In this document: positions 29,629-39,209 of the stretch, one piece after another
How the letters are laid out: the number at the start of each line of letters is the position of its first letter
Numbering within the stretch: position 1 is the first letter of the stretch
Origin: a virus
Reading direction: 5' to 3' (one strand)
Length of the DNA: 64,000 nt
Virus record (IMG/VR): IMGVR_UViG_3300032288_004534
Coordinates: 6,406-70,405 of that record
Notes under the pieces: generated by a model
Seen by the model: only the letters and a program-made list of their open reading frames with translations
The model's database searches: none
Told to the model about the DNA's origin: nothing
Translations under genes and position numbers: made by a program

Positions 29629-31623
29629 TTAGGCTGTCCTTACCCATAAGCTGACTGTTGAAACATTTTCTGTAGTAACTTGAATTGTAGCACCAGTATA
29701 ATTTCCCGTATATGTACCACCGTAATTACCTGTATAGCTACCACCATATGTAGACGTAAAATTACCTGCATATGATCCAGTAAATGCGCTAGAATAAGCA
29801 CCTGCATAATTACCAGCAAATGCTCTAGAATATGCACCTGCATAATTACCTGTAAATGTACTAGAATATGCTCCTGCATATGCCCCAGTAAACGTTCTAG
29901 AGTAGTTTCCTGTATAAGAACCAGCATATGATCCTACAAATGATCCTGTATAAGAACCGCCATAGAATCCTGTAAATGCTCTAGCATAATTTCCTGTATA
30001 AGTACCAGCATATGATCCTACAAATGATCCTGTATAAGAACCACCATAGAATCCTGTAAATGCTCTAGCATAATTTCCTGTATAAGAACCAGCATATGAT
30101 CCCGTAAATGATCCTGTATAAGAACCGCCATAGAATCCTGTAAATGCTCTAGCATAATTTCCTGTATAAGTACCGGAATATGTTGAAGTATAACTGCCTG
30201 TATATGTACCACTATAATTTGTGGTATAGTTACCAGTATATGCACCAGAATATGTTGAGGTATAACTGCCTGTATATGAACCGGTAAAAAACCCAGTATA
30301 ATTTCCTGTAAATGTGCCAGTAAATGGTGTTCCAGAAAATGGTGCATTAAATACGCGTGAATAGAATCCTGTAAATACCCTTGAATAAGCCCCTGCATAG
30401 GATCCTGAAAATGCTCTGGAATAAGATCCTGTATATGATCCTGAGAAAGCTCTAGAATAAGATCCTGTATATGATCCTGAGAAAGCACTAGAATAACCTC
30501 CGGTATAAGCACCAGAATATGTTGAAGTATAACTGCCTGTATATGATCCTGTAAATGGTGACGTATAGGTTCCAGAATATGAGCCAGCAAATGCACCAGA
30601 ATATGTTGAGGTATAGTTACCAGTATATGATCCTGTAAATGGTGACGTATAGGTTCCGGAATATGAACCAGCAAATGCACCAGAATATGTTGAGGTATAG
30701 TTACCAGTATACGATCCACTATATGTGGATGTGTAGCTACCTGTATATGTGCCGCCATATGTTGATGTATAATTACCGGTATATGTACCACCATAGGTTG
30801 ATGTATATGTACCGCTATAACCACCAGCAAATGCGCTAGAATAACTACCTGTATATGCGCCGGAATAAGTTCCCGCATAGTTTCCAGTATATGTTTGATT
30901 TGCTAAAGTATTTCTAGTATCAACAAAGGCAGCACCAGCAGTTACCCATGTACCGCCAACAGGTGCCGTTTCTTGTATCGCATATTTACCTATACCTGTA
31001 GAAACTATTTGATTTCTTAATCTAGGAGTTAATGTTTGAATATTAGCATCGGTCATTTCGCGGATATTAGCACCATCTAAGCGCAATGGTCTAACTGTTG
31101 TAGGTGCAGCACCACCTGTTTTCCGCCATAGTGTTGTTGAATTAGAACCTGAATTTGTAGTATTTGTAATAGTTGATATTGACGTCCAAGTACCCGCCGG
31201 AGAACTTGGCTGTAATGCATATGAACCAATACCAGTTGTGACTAGATTAGTTAGTGCATTTGATATGATAGCACCATTTAATTGTGTATCATTTTGGGCC
31301 CTAACTGCGCTAGTAGAAAATTCTAATGGCCGCAGTAAACCTGTTTCGGATGCTGAACTTAAATCTTGCTTAAACACATATGATACTGATGTAATTGTAG
31401 TACCAACTGGATGATCACCAACAGCACCAGGTCTAGTGGTATCAATAAATGTGCCTATTGTAGTACCAGTAGCACCATCAACATTTAATGTGCCCACACC
31501 AGATTGTGTAGATGCAAAATCTTTCAATATTACATCTATTGAATAATCTTGCTCTGCTGTGGTCATGGTCTGAAGACCTTGGAAGGTAGCTCCAGATTTT
31601 TTAATTTTTAGAGGCGATGCCAT
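29629..31623 (-). CDS. Tyr/Gly/Ser/Thr tetrapeptide-repeat virion protein
   Basis: About 245-aa N-domain, about 400 aa of (Y/F)-x-(G/S)-x repeats, short C-terminal strand VSLWVRTA. Confidence 0.8.
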   Translation of the reverse strand: MASPLKIKKSGATFQGLQTMTTAEQDYSIDVILKDFASTQSGVGTLNVDGATGTTIGTFIDTTRPGAVGDHPVGTTITSVSYVFKQDLSSASETGLLRPLEFSTSAVRAQNDTQLNGAIISNALTNLVTTGIGSYALQPSSPAGTWTSISTITNTTNSGSNSTTLWRKTGGAAPTTVRPLRLDGANIREMTDANIQTLTPRLRNQIVSTGIGKYAIQETAPVGGTWVTAGAAFVDTRNTLANQTYTGNYAGTYSGAYTGSYSSAFAGGYSGTYTSTYGGTYTGNYTSTYGGTYTGSYTSTYSGSYTGNYTSTYSGAFAGSYSGTYTSPFTGSYTGNYTSTYSGAFAGSYSGTYTSPFTGSYTGSYTSTYSGAYTGGYSSAFSGSYTGSYSRAFSGSYTGSYSRAFSGSYAGAYSRVFTGFYSRVFNAPFSGTPFTGTFTGNYTGFFTGSYTGSYTSTYSGAYTGNYTTNYSGTYTGSYTSTYSGTYTGNYARAFTGFYGGSYTGSFTGSYAGSYTGNYARAFTGFYGGSYTGSFVGSYAGTYTGNYARAFTGFYGGSYTGSFVGSYAGSYTGNYSRTFTGAYAGAYSSTFTGNYAGAYSRAFAGNYAGAYSSAFTGSYAGNFTSTYGGSYTGNYGGTYTGNYTGATIQVTTENVSTVSLWVRTA
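29695..30895 (-). repeat. 12-bp-period coding repeat with higher-order 60-bp duplications
   Basis: Near-identical 60-bp blocks at 29941-30160 and 30541-30700. Confidence 0.9.
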
Positions 31624-31634
31624 ATCATATCACC

Positions 31635-32162
31635 TCAGGGATATACTTGTGAACCAGAAGAGTCATACACATAAAGAGGAGCAGTTGCTGTTCCTCCATC
31701 AGGAAATCTAAAGCCACCGGTAGATGACCGAATTATTCCAGCTACATCAAATGTAGTATTAGGATTAGTCTTACCAACACCAATTCTATTAGTAGTAGGA
31801 TTTATGAATAACGTACCAGAATCTATACTTAGTGTGGTTGAAATTGATACTGTATTCGCAGTAAATTCTACCTGCGATGCAGCAGTATCACCAAATACCG
31901 TATTTCCCGCTACTCTTAGATTTGATGAAATTCTTACACGACCATTAGCTTGCAGCAGACCATTTGTAATAGTAGTATCTAATGAAGAAGCACCTAGTTT
32001 TGTAGGACCAAGTGATATAAATCTAACATTTGCAATTAGTGTATTCGAATACAAAGAAGATTCATTAATTGTAAATTGGCTTAGACGATGAAACGCCTGA
32101 TTGGTTCTTATGCGCCAAGTATCAAATGTATTGGTAAGCGCGACATTTGCGATCTTAGCCAT
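31635..32162 (-). CDS. Short fibre/adaptor protein
   Basis: N-terminal TNTFDTWR..TN motif; RIGVG..NP...DVAG; C-terminus shared with the 2613-aa fibre. Confidence 0.65.
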   Translation of the reverse strand: MAKIANVALTNTFDTWRIRTNQAFHRLSQFTINESSLYSNTLIANVRFISLGPTKLGASSLDTTITNGLLQANGRVRISSNLRVAGNTVFGDTAASQVEFTANTVSISTTLSIDSGTLFINPTTNRIGVGKTNPNTTFDVAGIIRSSTGGFRFPDGGTATAPLYVYDSSGSQVYP

Positions 32163-32170
32163 AAATTGCC

Positions 32171-32389
32171 CTACTCATCTTTCTTTGCAAGTAATTGCGT
32201 TATCATATTTTTTATATCAGACATCTCTTGCTTTAAGGTATTTATATCCTGCAGAGCATTATCTATATTAAGATTCCGCTTCCTTTTATTCCTATAAGCC
32301 TCCAGTGCTGGCAAATCTGTTGCCAGCACTGCGGAGTTAGTAGGATCTCTAGCAAAACCAGGAGCGTTATCTGCTTTTATTAGTTTCAT
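32171..32389 (-). CDS. Small hypothetical protein
   Basis: RDP..AVL...Y, C-terminal coiled coil; overlaps the stop of the large structural gene. Confidence 0.65.
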   Translation of the reverse strand: MKLIKADNAPGFARDPTNSAVLATDLPALEAYRNKRKRNLNIDNALQDINTLKQEMSDIKNMITQLLAKKDE

Positions 32390-35300
32390 CTTTGTAATGC
32401 AATCACTCTAAGATCATCAAGCCGAGGCGGTCTTGTGGTTGTAGTATTTGTAAGCACTATCTTGATTGAAAGATATTTGTACCCTACAAATCTAGCACCA
32501 CTTGAATTTCTATATTCAATGATATCAGAATTTGTTGTATTAGCTCCAGAACGATATGTATTACCATAATCTGGTACGCCATAAACATATTCTTTGAAAT
32601 CATCTTGATCTTCGGAACTTGAATATACGGTTGATGCGGTAAATCCTTGATCGGCCAATATATCCATCGGAATCCAACGAGCATCATCAAAGGTGTCGCT
32701 ATCTTCGCGATGTAATATCTTGTAATATACTAGCACACTAGAACCAGGTGGTCTATATGCTGTCACATAGACTCTGATGTCTTCCGCATCTTGTCCATCC
32801 GCAAGAGTGATCTTGCGGGTAATATATTTTGCATCTGCACCACCACCCGAAGATGCATTGGCTTCACCTGATGTATTATCATTAATCAGATTATGAACAG
32901 TGATTAATGACATACGTTTAGTATCGATCACAGGTGATACAAATGGAGACTGAGATGCCATACCAACAACTATTTCCGCAGAGCGAGTAGAGGCCAGTGA
33001 TGATGATGTTGCCGCGGTATTTGATTCCATGCTACGGCTATGCACAAATCTTGGAGCAGGTAGCTCCAGATTATCATTTGGCGGAATAGTTAAGAATGTT
33101 GTATCACGTCCTGAGGTTGATGTCGAAAATTTACCATAGAATGCAACCCCAGTATTTGATGGTTGAATGTAATCCATATTTAAGTTTATGACATCGGCTC
33201 TCAAACTTTCCATTTTATAAATGTATGCTGTTTGTCCGCCAGTTTGTCCGCGAATAAACGTATTCGCATGGAATACTCTACCCGCAAAGGTATTAGCTGG
33301 TCCGCTATTCACAAAAGATGTATTTGCTAAATGCAGATACGTATTTGAGAATCCTGTTGGATTATAATATACAACTTTACCAACTGGTGTGGTAGATGAT
33401 ATAATTGCACCAGTAGAATTACCTATGATAACTCCAGTTTCTGCATTTGTATTACGAATGCGGATGCGTTCGCCTCCGCGGAATTTAGATCCGGTTGATA
33501 CATTTCTTATTCTCAGACCCGTAGTACTATAGCGCGAGACAGTTCCAGTCGCACCTGATACCATACCTTGAACATAGGTTACACCAGTATTGACAAATTT
33601 GGTGTTAGCAAATGTTCCGGTTAATATTGTTTCGCCATGAACACTTTCACCAACTGAAGAAAATGCACTAGAAACATTTGATACCATTAGATAATCACGT
33701 AGCTCATTCTTAAACACAGCAGCAGCGGTGCCGCTAGTTAAGAAATTAGCAACATATAGATTAAATTTCAAATCTTCTTCTTGTATTGGTGAATATTGAA
33801 CGTCATTCGATGACACGAACAACATACCAACGGCAGGAGATGTAGTAACCCTATTACCAGTGGCTATATCAGTATCACCCAATCTTGCTACAAACACATT
33901 GTAACCTGGATTTGCACCTATAGGTTTTACGACAACCGCGTATTCTCTACCATTTTGTAAGAATACAGGCGCTTGAAAATATACCGGTGTTGGTGAGAAC
34001 CCATTTTCGCTGATATTTACATCATTCGGTGTTAAGAATACTTGGCTAAAGGGAACTATGCGCGATGTAATCATATGCGATACAGGATCCATATCACGAA
34101 TATGAACTTCTACACCTATTGTTGCATGTTTTGTTGCAAAAAATAGATCAATCTTAGTCACAAATGCGCCGGATCCAATATAACCAAATTGTTTGGTGTC
34201 CATCAAGAATGACTGAGCGATTGGTTCATCACCACCACCACCAGAGTCACCACCACCACCGCCACCGTCACCGTCACCACTACTACTGCCTACGCCACTA
34301 TCCGAACTAGGACTTGATCCGCCGTTATCAGCAGGGAAAACTGGTACTTCAACTATTCTTTCAACTATCTGAATTACAGGACGATCAACATAGACTGTGT
34401 TAGTAACTGTTTTAATTACAGTAACAGGTACAGTAACATTTTTAGTGACAGTTTTAGCAACTGTAACTGTTTTGATTACAGTAGTAGGCACATTAACATA
34501 AACAGGTTTTTCAACTAGTTTTGTAATTGTTTCAATTACAGGTTTTTCAACTACACGATCGACATATTCAATTACAGGCTTATCTACATAAATTATAGTT
34601 CCTGGGCCTGGTACTTCTACAGTTTTTATTATCTCTTTATCAACATATTCAGTTCTTATGACTTCTTTTTCAACTTCTTTGATAATTTCTCTATCAACAT
34701 ATACTATCTTATCAACAGGAACTTCTTTGACAACCTCAACATATTGAACAGGGCCTGGTACTTGTATTTCCCTTACAACTTCAACAGGAACAGGTACTGG
34801 AACCTCAACAATTGTTGGTGGTGGTGGGGGTAAAGGATCAGGTGAGAATACTGTGTTTACCACACTATTCACAACAGTAGTAGATTCATTTACGCTACTG
34901 GTAGTAATTTCAGGATATCTTGTAGATGTTATCGTACTTTGAACTTCTTGTGATAATCCCTCAGCAGTATAAGTTCCCTCGGCTGATGTGATAGTTAGAC
35001 CTAATCCTGATTGATTATTGATATTATCCGTTAAACGGAAAATCTTAGAGCCGACTCTAAATTTCAAATTATTATCTGAAGGAAGTCTGAATATTCCGTA
35101 TACATCACCAGTCGAATTTACAAGAAGAGGTGAACCTTCTGTTGCAGTAGCATTAAATGATGAATCTGTCGGTGTGACATAAGATGTCACACTGGTTCCA
35201 TCAAAGAATGGATATACACGTGATCCAGGACGCAATCCTCTACCAACAAAATTAATACTACGAGAACGCATAAACGGTATGATATTAGATGATATGACTC

Positions 35301-38300
35301 TAGGACCAAGATTAGTTTTTGTCTCGGCTGGAGTTACCTTAAACTGAGTACCAGTTCTTGATTGCAATGTTTCAGTTGTAGTAGTGGTAATGGTAGATGT
35401 ACCTGTTCCTCCTACTGCACCTTGTGAATTTCCAGTACCTGGTTGGTTTTTAACAATATCTACGTCAGTCTTGGTTCCCTGCCATACTGTCTGCCAAGCA
35501 TTCCACTGCGTACCCCATGCAGACGGCATGTTTAACCAGTTATCACTAAAAAGATTTACATTGACTTGAACATCTGGTAAATTGACAGTATCCGTCCAAT
35601 AGTCAGTATTCGGATCTAATATAACATTACCTTTCCATTGCCATAGCAAACCAGCAGCATTTCTAGTTGTTGTTGCCATCGGCTGTGAAAGATAAGTCAT
35701 ATGCGAATATGGAAGAGTGATTAAATCACTTGGTGTAGTAGTAGAAACTGCAGTAATTGTTGTTTGAACTGCACTAGTTGTACCACGAATTATAGTTCCT
35801 ACTGAAAAATTCGTGCTAGCATCTTCAACATATAGTCGATTACCAACCTTATATCTAAGTTTTGCACTACCACCACTTGATACCAATTGTTCACCAAAAA
35901 TAAATGGTAGTGTTGCATCAGCTATTGTAATCATCTGATCACGAGATGTACCATCATCTCTGACATTTGTGCGAACAGTATTGATTGAATTAGCTGTATT
36001 ATAGAATAGCTCGATGTTATCCATCTTGAATGGAGGACGAGCTTCGCCCCTAGCAGGATCGATAGAAATTTTATAATCAGGATTTCTAACATCACCAATA
36101 TTATGGCCAGAAAATTGATCTACAATTATACCATTCTTGAAACGATCATTACCACTTGCATCTTGCACAAGCAATGATTTAGTATTAAGTTCTAGCAAAC
36201 TAAGTGATGTATAATATTCAAGATTTTCAATTCTATCCCTTAGAACCCCAATATCTTTCATGGTAAATCTTGGATTCTTAATCGGATAAAGTGCAGATGA
36301 TAAATCTGTTCTGCTTACACGTCTTGCCTGCTCATCAGGTAATGATGGATAAGGGGTTAAACTTATAGTTGCCAAAGACATCGCACCCATTGGCTCATCT
36401 GGAGTTATGGGTTTTAGTGATGGTTGACCTCTAATAGCTTTGAAATTACCATTTTTATCAACTATGATTCTGTCATTACGTCTTAGATAATAATCAAGAT
36501 CCATAGTGAAATTTTCACCAGGAGCAGCAAATCGCATACCACCGGTTGGTAAATCCAATGAAGTAGATATGCTAGGATTCGTTGACATACCTGCGATAGT
36601 TGAAACACTTGCAGCCGTATCAGTCATCCGTGGTCTAATATCTATAGAATCTCTCAGATCATATGTTCTACCAGTGCGAGGAGATGTATACACCGGAATT
36701 TCATAAGTGTATATTTTTGTAGTATCAGTTCCTGCCGTGCTGTCATCCACAGGATATGAATCAACTGAGAAATAACCAACCCCGCTCGAATAACTATGAG
36801 TAAAGTGATCAAATTTTACAAGCAGTCTATCACCAGAAGCAAGTGATAATCCAGAAGTTGGTTTTTTAACCAAACGTGCATGTTCATAAATGCTATCGCG
36901 CATACCACTATCAAGAGTGAAATGACTGGTTACGTCAGTTCCTTCTGTCAATGTGGTAAATGATGAACCACTTTTCTTTCTAACGGATACTAATCTAAAT
37001 CCATCAGATAAACCTAATACCCATGGACCAGCCAGATCTGAAGTCAGGCTAAGCTGAACTATACGATCGCGAACAATTACCTTTGCTGCTTCTCTACCGT
37101 CAACCTTGTTTAATTCTGTTATGACAGTAGCATTTAATGCCGAATTAAGATTTTCATTTATATTGAAAGTTGCTTGAGTTGAAGATGCGATTGAGATAGA
37201 ACGATCGCCCCCACCACCCTTATTACCAAAATCAATTACTTGACCTTCCAAAAATCTTTTATGGAAAGCACCACCAGTAGATGACGCCGCATTAGCTGTA
37301 AGAGTTAAACTAGTTGCGCTTGCTATGCTGCTAACAATAAATTTTTGAGACGGTGAACAAGCTATGATATCACCAGGGCTAAGTTGTGAATCAAATTGTG
37401 TACCACTACCAGTTACAGAAGTACTTCCTGATGTAACCGTTATGGTTCCAGTCAGATTAGTAGTATTTGACGAACCTCTTGATACCACATAATAACCTGT
37501 TCTGGTTGCTGAATCGGATAATGCACCACTACCAGAAAATGTTTCTGATGAATCTCCGGTAGATGCCGTTGCAGAGCTACCTGCACCAGTGCTAAATGCT
37601 ATATCAAATGATTTCTTAAATCTAAAATTAGTGTCTATTGCGCTTGTTGTATCACGTATGGTTTTTGTAGCAATAATTGGTAGTGCAAATACGCCTATAT
37701 CAAATGATGAATCTGTAGTGGTCGCATTTGTACCATCTGCTCCTACTATATCAGCTTTACCATCAGCAACAGATGTATCATATCCGATAGATTTAACTTC
37801 GGTAAATGATTTGCTGGGCTCCATCTTAATATCTGTTAGATAAACTTTATATTCGCAAGATGGTAGGCCTGGTGTACCTGAAGAATATTCTATAGCACGA
37901 ACGCGCGCATAACCAATTATATTACCAGACAAAGTTGTTGTTGAATATACACCGTTAGTGATGGAATTCATTTTCTCATCACGTAGAGTTATACGACTCT
38001 GGCCATTGACATCCCATTGACCTGACATATTCAATACAGTAATATAATTACCATAATCTGCTGTAGTCGAAACCTGCTCGACAGAAGCATAATCAATAGC
38101 TTTGTCTATAGTTACCTTATGACTAACTAAAAATTCATGGTCATATCCCATGATATAGGCTTTGCCGGGAGACATCTCAACCACAAGCCTATCAGAGCTA
38201 CCACCTTCAGCTGTTGTGTAAACCCCTTGGTTATCACCACTTATCAGATGTTCTCTAAGTCTAGGTTGTAATCCATTTACAACATAATTACCTGATTCAT

Positions 38301-39192
38301 CATATGTACGTTGCGCCATATAATCTCTGACTAAATCATATTGAGGTTTGTCAGATTGATTTTGAATAATTCCTCTTCTAACAATCATCAACTGCGCAAA
38401 ATTATTAGAAGTAGATTCTTGAATAGTTTTTTTGACTAACTTAGCTTCTAATTTTAGACGTGAAGCACCTGGTGCTGCATAGTTATATGATCCTGAGGCA
38501 GGATCTAACAGTGATTCATCTTGAGTATCATTTACTATAGTTTCAACAATTTCAAAGCCAACTCTATAGGTAGAATTTGCTGAATATTTGTCAAGAATTA
38601 AAAGTTGTTCATCTACGCGAATGAAATGATCTTTTGCATAGATGACACCATATCCTACACGAACAGCAGAAGTATAACCTGTTGCACTACTTGATATTAA
38701 GTTGGCTGTATATCCATCAGTTGATACTATAACTTCACCATTAGCAAATGTTCTATCAGTACCATTAGCTCCAGTATATTTTACAAATAAAGTTTTAAAA
38801 TTGGGTGTATTTGCTTCGGAACCATCATTAACATATAATACATTGGCCTTAACACCTGAAGTAGATCCTGTAATAGAATCAAATGTAAAAGAATATACAT
38901 TGACTGTAGACGTACCATCTGCAGTTTTATCTCTAAGTTTAAGATAAGTTATTGCATTATCTAATTTTATTTCACATCCACGAACAACACTACCTTCTTT
39001 GAATACATGCTCTGCAAATCGATCAATCTGATTTTGCAAGATTGATTGCATCTGTGTAAGCTCGCGCGCTTGCACAGCCATACCCGGTCTAAACAATATT
39101 CTATGAAAATTCTTAGATTCATTAAAATCATCATAATACGGATCCACATTAAGATTTGTGGATATCGTGACTGTGTTAGCAAGAGATGACAT
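32386..39192 (-). CDS. Large virion structural protein (VrlC/DUF4815-like)
   Basis: NLNVDPYYDDF...RILFRPG..VQARELTQ.QSILQNQI, RTYDESGNY, RI.NLEYYTSLSLLE, C-terminal LRVIAL. Confidence 0.85.
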   Translation of the reverse strand: MSSLANTVTISTNLNVDPYYDDFNESKNFHRILFRPGMAVQARELTQMQSILQNQIDRFAEHVFKEGSVVRGCEIKLDNAITYLKLRDKTADGTSTVNVYSFTFDSITGSTSGVKANVLYVNDGSEANTPNFKTLFVKYTGANGTDRTFANGEVIVSTDGYTANLISSSATGYTSAVRVGYGVIYAKDHFIRVDEQLLILDKYSANSTYRVGFEIVETIVNDTQDESLLDPASGSYNYAAPGASRLKLEAKLVKKTIQESTSNNFAQLMIVRRGIIQNQSDKPQYDLVRDYMAQRTYDESGNYVVNGLQPRLREHLISGDNQGVYTTAEGGSSDRLVVEMSPGKAYIMGYDHEFLVSHKVTIDKAIDYASVEQVSTTADYGNYITVLNMSGQWDVNGQSRITLRDEKMNSITNGVYSTTTLSGNIIGYARVRAIEYSSGTPGLPSCEYKVYLTDIKMEPSKSFTEVKSIGYDTSVADGKADIVGADGTNATTTDSSFDIGVFALPIIATKTIRDTTSAIDTNFRFKKSFDIAFSTGAGSSATASTGDSSETFSGSGALSDSATRTGYYVVSRGSSNTTNLTGTITVTSGSTSVTGSGTQFDSQLSPGDIIACSPSQKFIVSSIASATSLTLTANAASSTGGAFHKRFLEGQVIDFGNKGGGGDRSISIASSTQATFNINENLNSALNATVITELNKVDGREAAKVIVRDRIVQLSLTSDLAGPWVLGLSDGFRLVSVRKKSGSSFTTLTEGTDVTSHFTLDSGMRDSIYEHARLVKKPTSGLSLASGDRLLVKFDHFTHSYSSGVGYFSVDSYPVDDSTAGTDTTKIYTYEIPVYTSPRTGRTYDLRDSIDIRPRMTDTAASVSTIAGMSTNPSISTSLDLPTGGMRFAAPGENFTMDLDYYLRRNDRIIVDKNGNFKAIRGQPSLKPITPDEPMGAMSLATISLTPYPSLPDEQARRVSRTDLSSALYPIKNPRFTMKDIGVLRDRIENLEYYTSLSLLELNTKSLLVQDASGNDRFKNGIIVDQFSGHNIGDVRNPDYKISIDPARGEARPPFKMDNIELFYNTANSINTVRTNVRDDGTSRDQMITIADATLPFIFGEQLVSSGGSAKLRYKVGNRLYVEDASTNFSVGTIIRGTTSAVQTTITAVSTTTPSDLITLPYSHMTYLSQPMATTTRNAAGLLWQWKGNVILDPNTDYWTDTVNLPDVQVNVNLFSDNWLNMPSAWGTQWNAWQTVWQGTKTDVDIVKNQPGTGNSQGAVGGTGTSTITTTTTETLQSRTGTQFKVTPAETKTNLGPRVISSNIIPFMRSRSINFVGRGLRPGSRVYPFFDGTSVTSYVTPTDSSFNATATEGSPLLVNSTGDVYGIFRLPSDNNLKFRVGSKIFRLTDNINNQSGLGLTITSAEGTYTAEGLSQEVQSTITSTRYPEITTSSVNESTTVVNSVVNTVFSPDPLPPPPPTIVEVPVPVPVEVVREIQVPGPVQYVEVVKEVPVDKIVYVDREIIKEVEKEVIRTEYVDKEIIKTVEVPGPGTIIYVDKPVIEYVDRVVEKPVIETITKLVEKPVYVNVPTTVIKTVTVAKTVTKNVTVPVTVIKTVTNTVYVDRPVIQIVERIVEVPVFPADNGGSSPSSDSGVGSSSGDGDGGGGGGDSGGGGDEPIAQSFLMDTKQFGYIGSGAFVTKIDLFFATKHATIGVEVHIRDMDPVSHMITSRIVPFSQVFLTPNDVNISENGFSPTPVYFQAPVFLQNGREYAVVVKPIGANPGYNVFVARLGDTDIATGNRVTTSPAVGMLFVSSNDVQYSPIQEEDLKFNLYVANFLTSGTAAAVFKNELRDYLMVSNVSSAFSSVGESVHGETILTGTFANTKFVNTGVTYVQGMVSGATGTVSRYSTTGLRIRNVSTGSKFRGGERIRIRNTNAETGVIIGNSTGAIISSTTPVGKVVYYNPTGFSNTYLHLANTSFVNSGPANTFAGRVFHANTFIRGQTGGQTAYIYKMESLRADVINLNMDYIQPSNTGVAFYGKFSTSTSGRDTTFLTIPPNDNLELPAPRFVHSRSMESNTAATSSSLASTRSAEIVVGMASQSPFVSPVIDTKRMSLITVHNLINDNTSGEANASSGGGADAKYITRKITLADGQDAEDIRVYVTAYRPPGSSVLVYYKILHREDSDTFDDARWIPMDILADQGFTASTVYSSSEDQDDFKEYVYGVPDYGNTYRSGANTTNSDIIEYRNSSGARFVGYKYLSIKIVLTNTTTTRPPRLDDLRVIALQR

Positions 39193-39209
39193 CTTTCGTT
39201 TTTATCCTC

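Noticed and set aside
30018-30878. 286-aa alternative-frame ORF (also 29640-29927)
   Set aside because: By-product of the 12-bp periodic repeat lacking stops in that frame.
29695-30895. Ice-nucleation protein similarity
   Set aside because: Lacks the AGYGST 16-residue InaZ repeat; only the composition is similar.
31635-31790. Possible DGR template/variable repeat pair with 8190-8345
   Set aside because: Differences are largely synonymous and not adenine-specific; no reverse transcriptase in the window.
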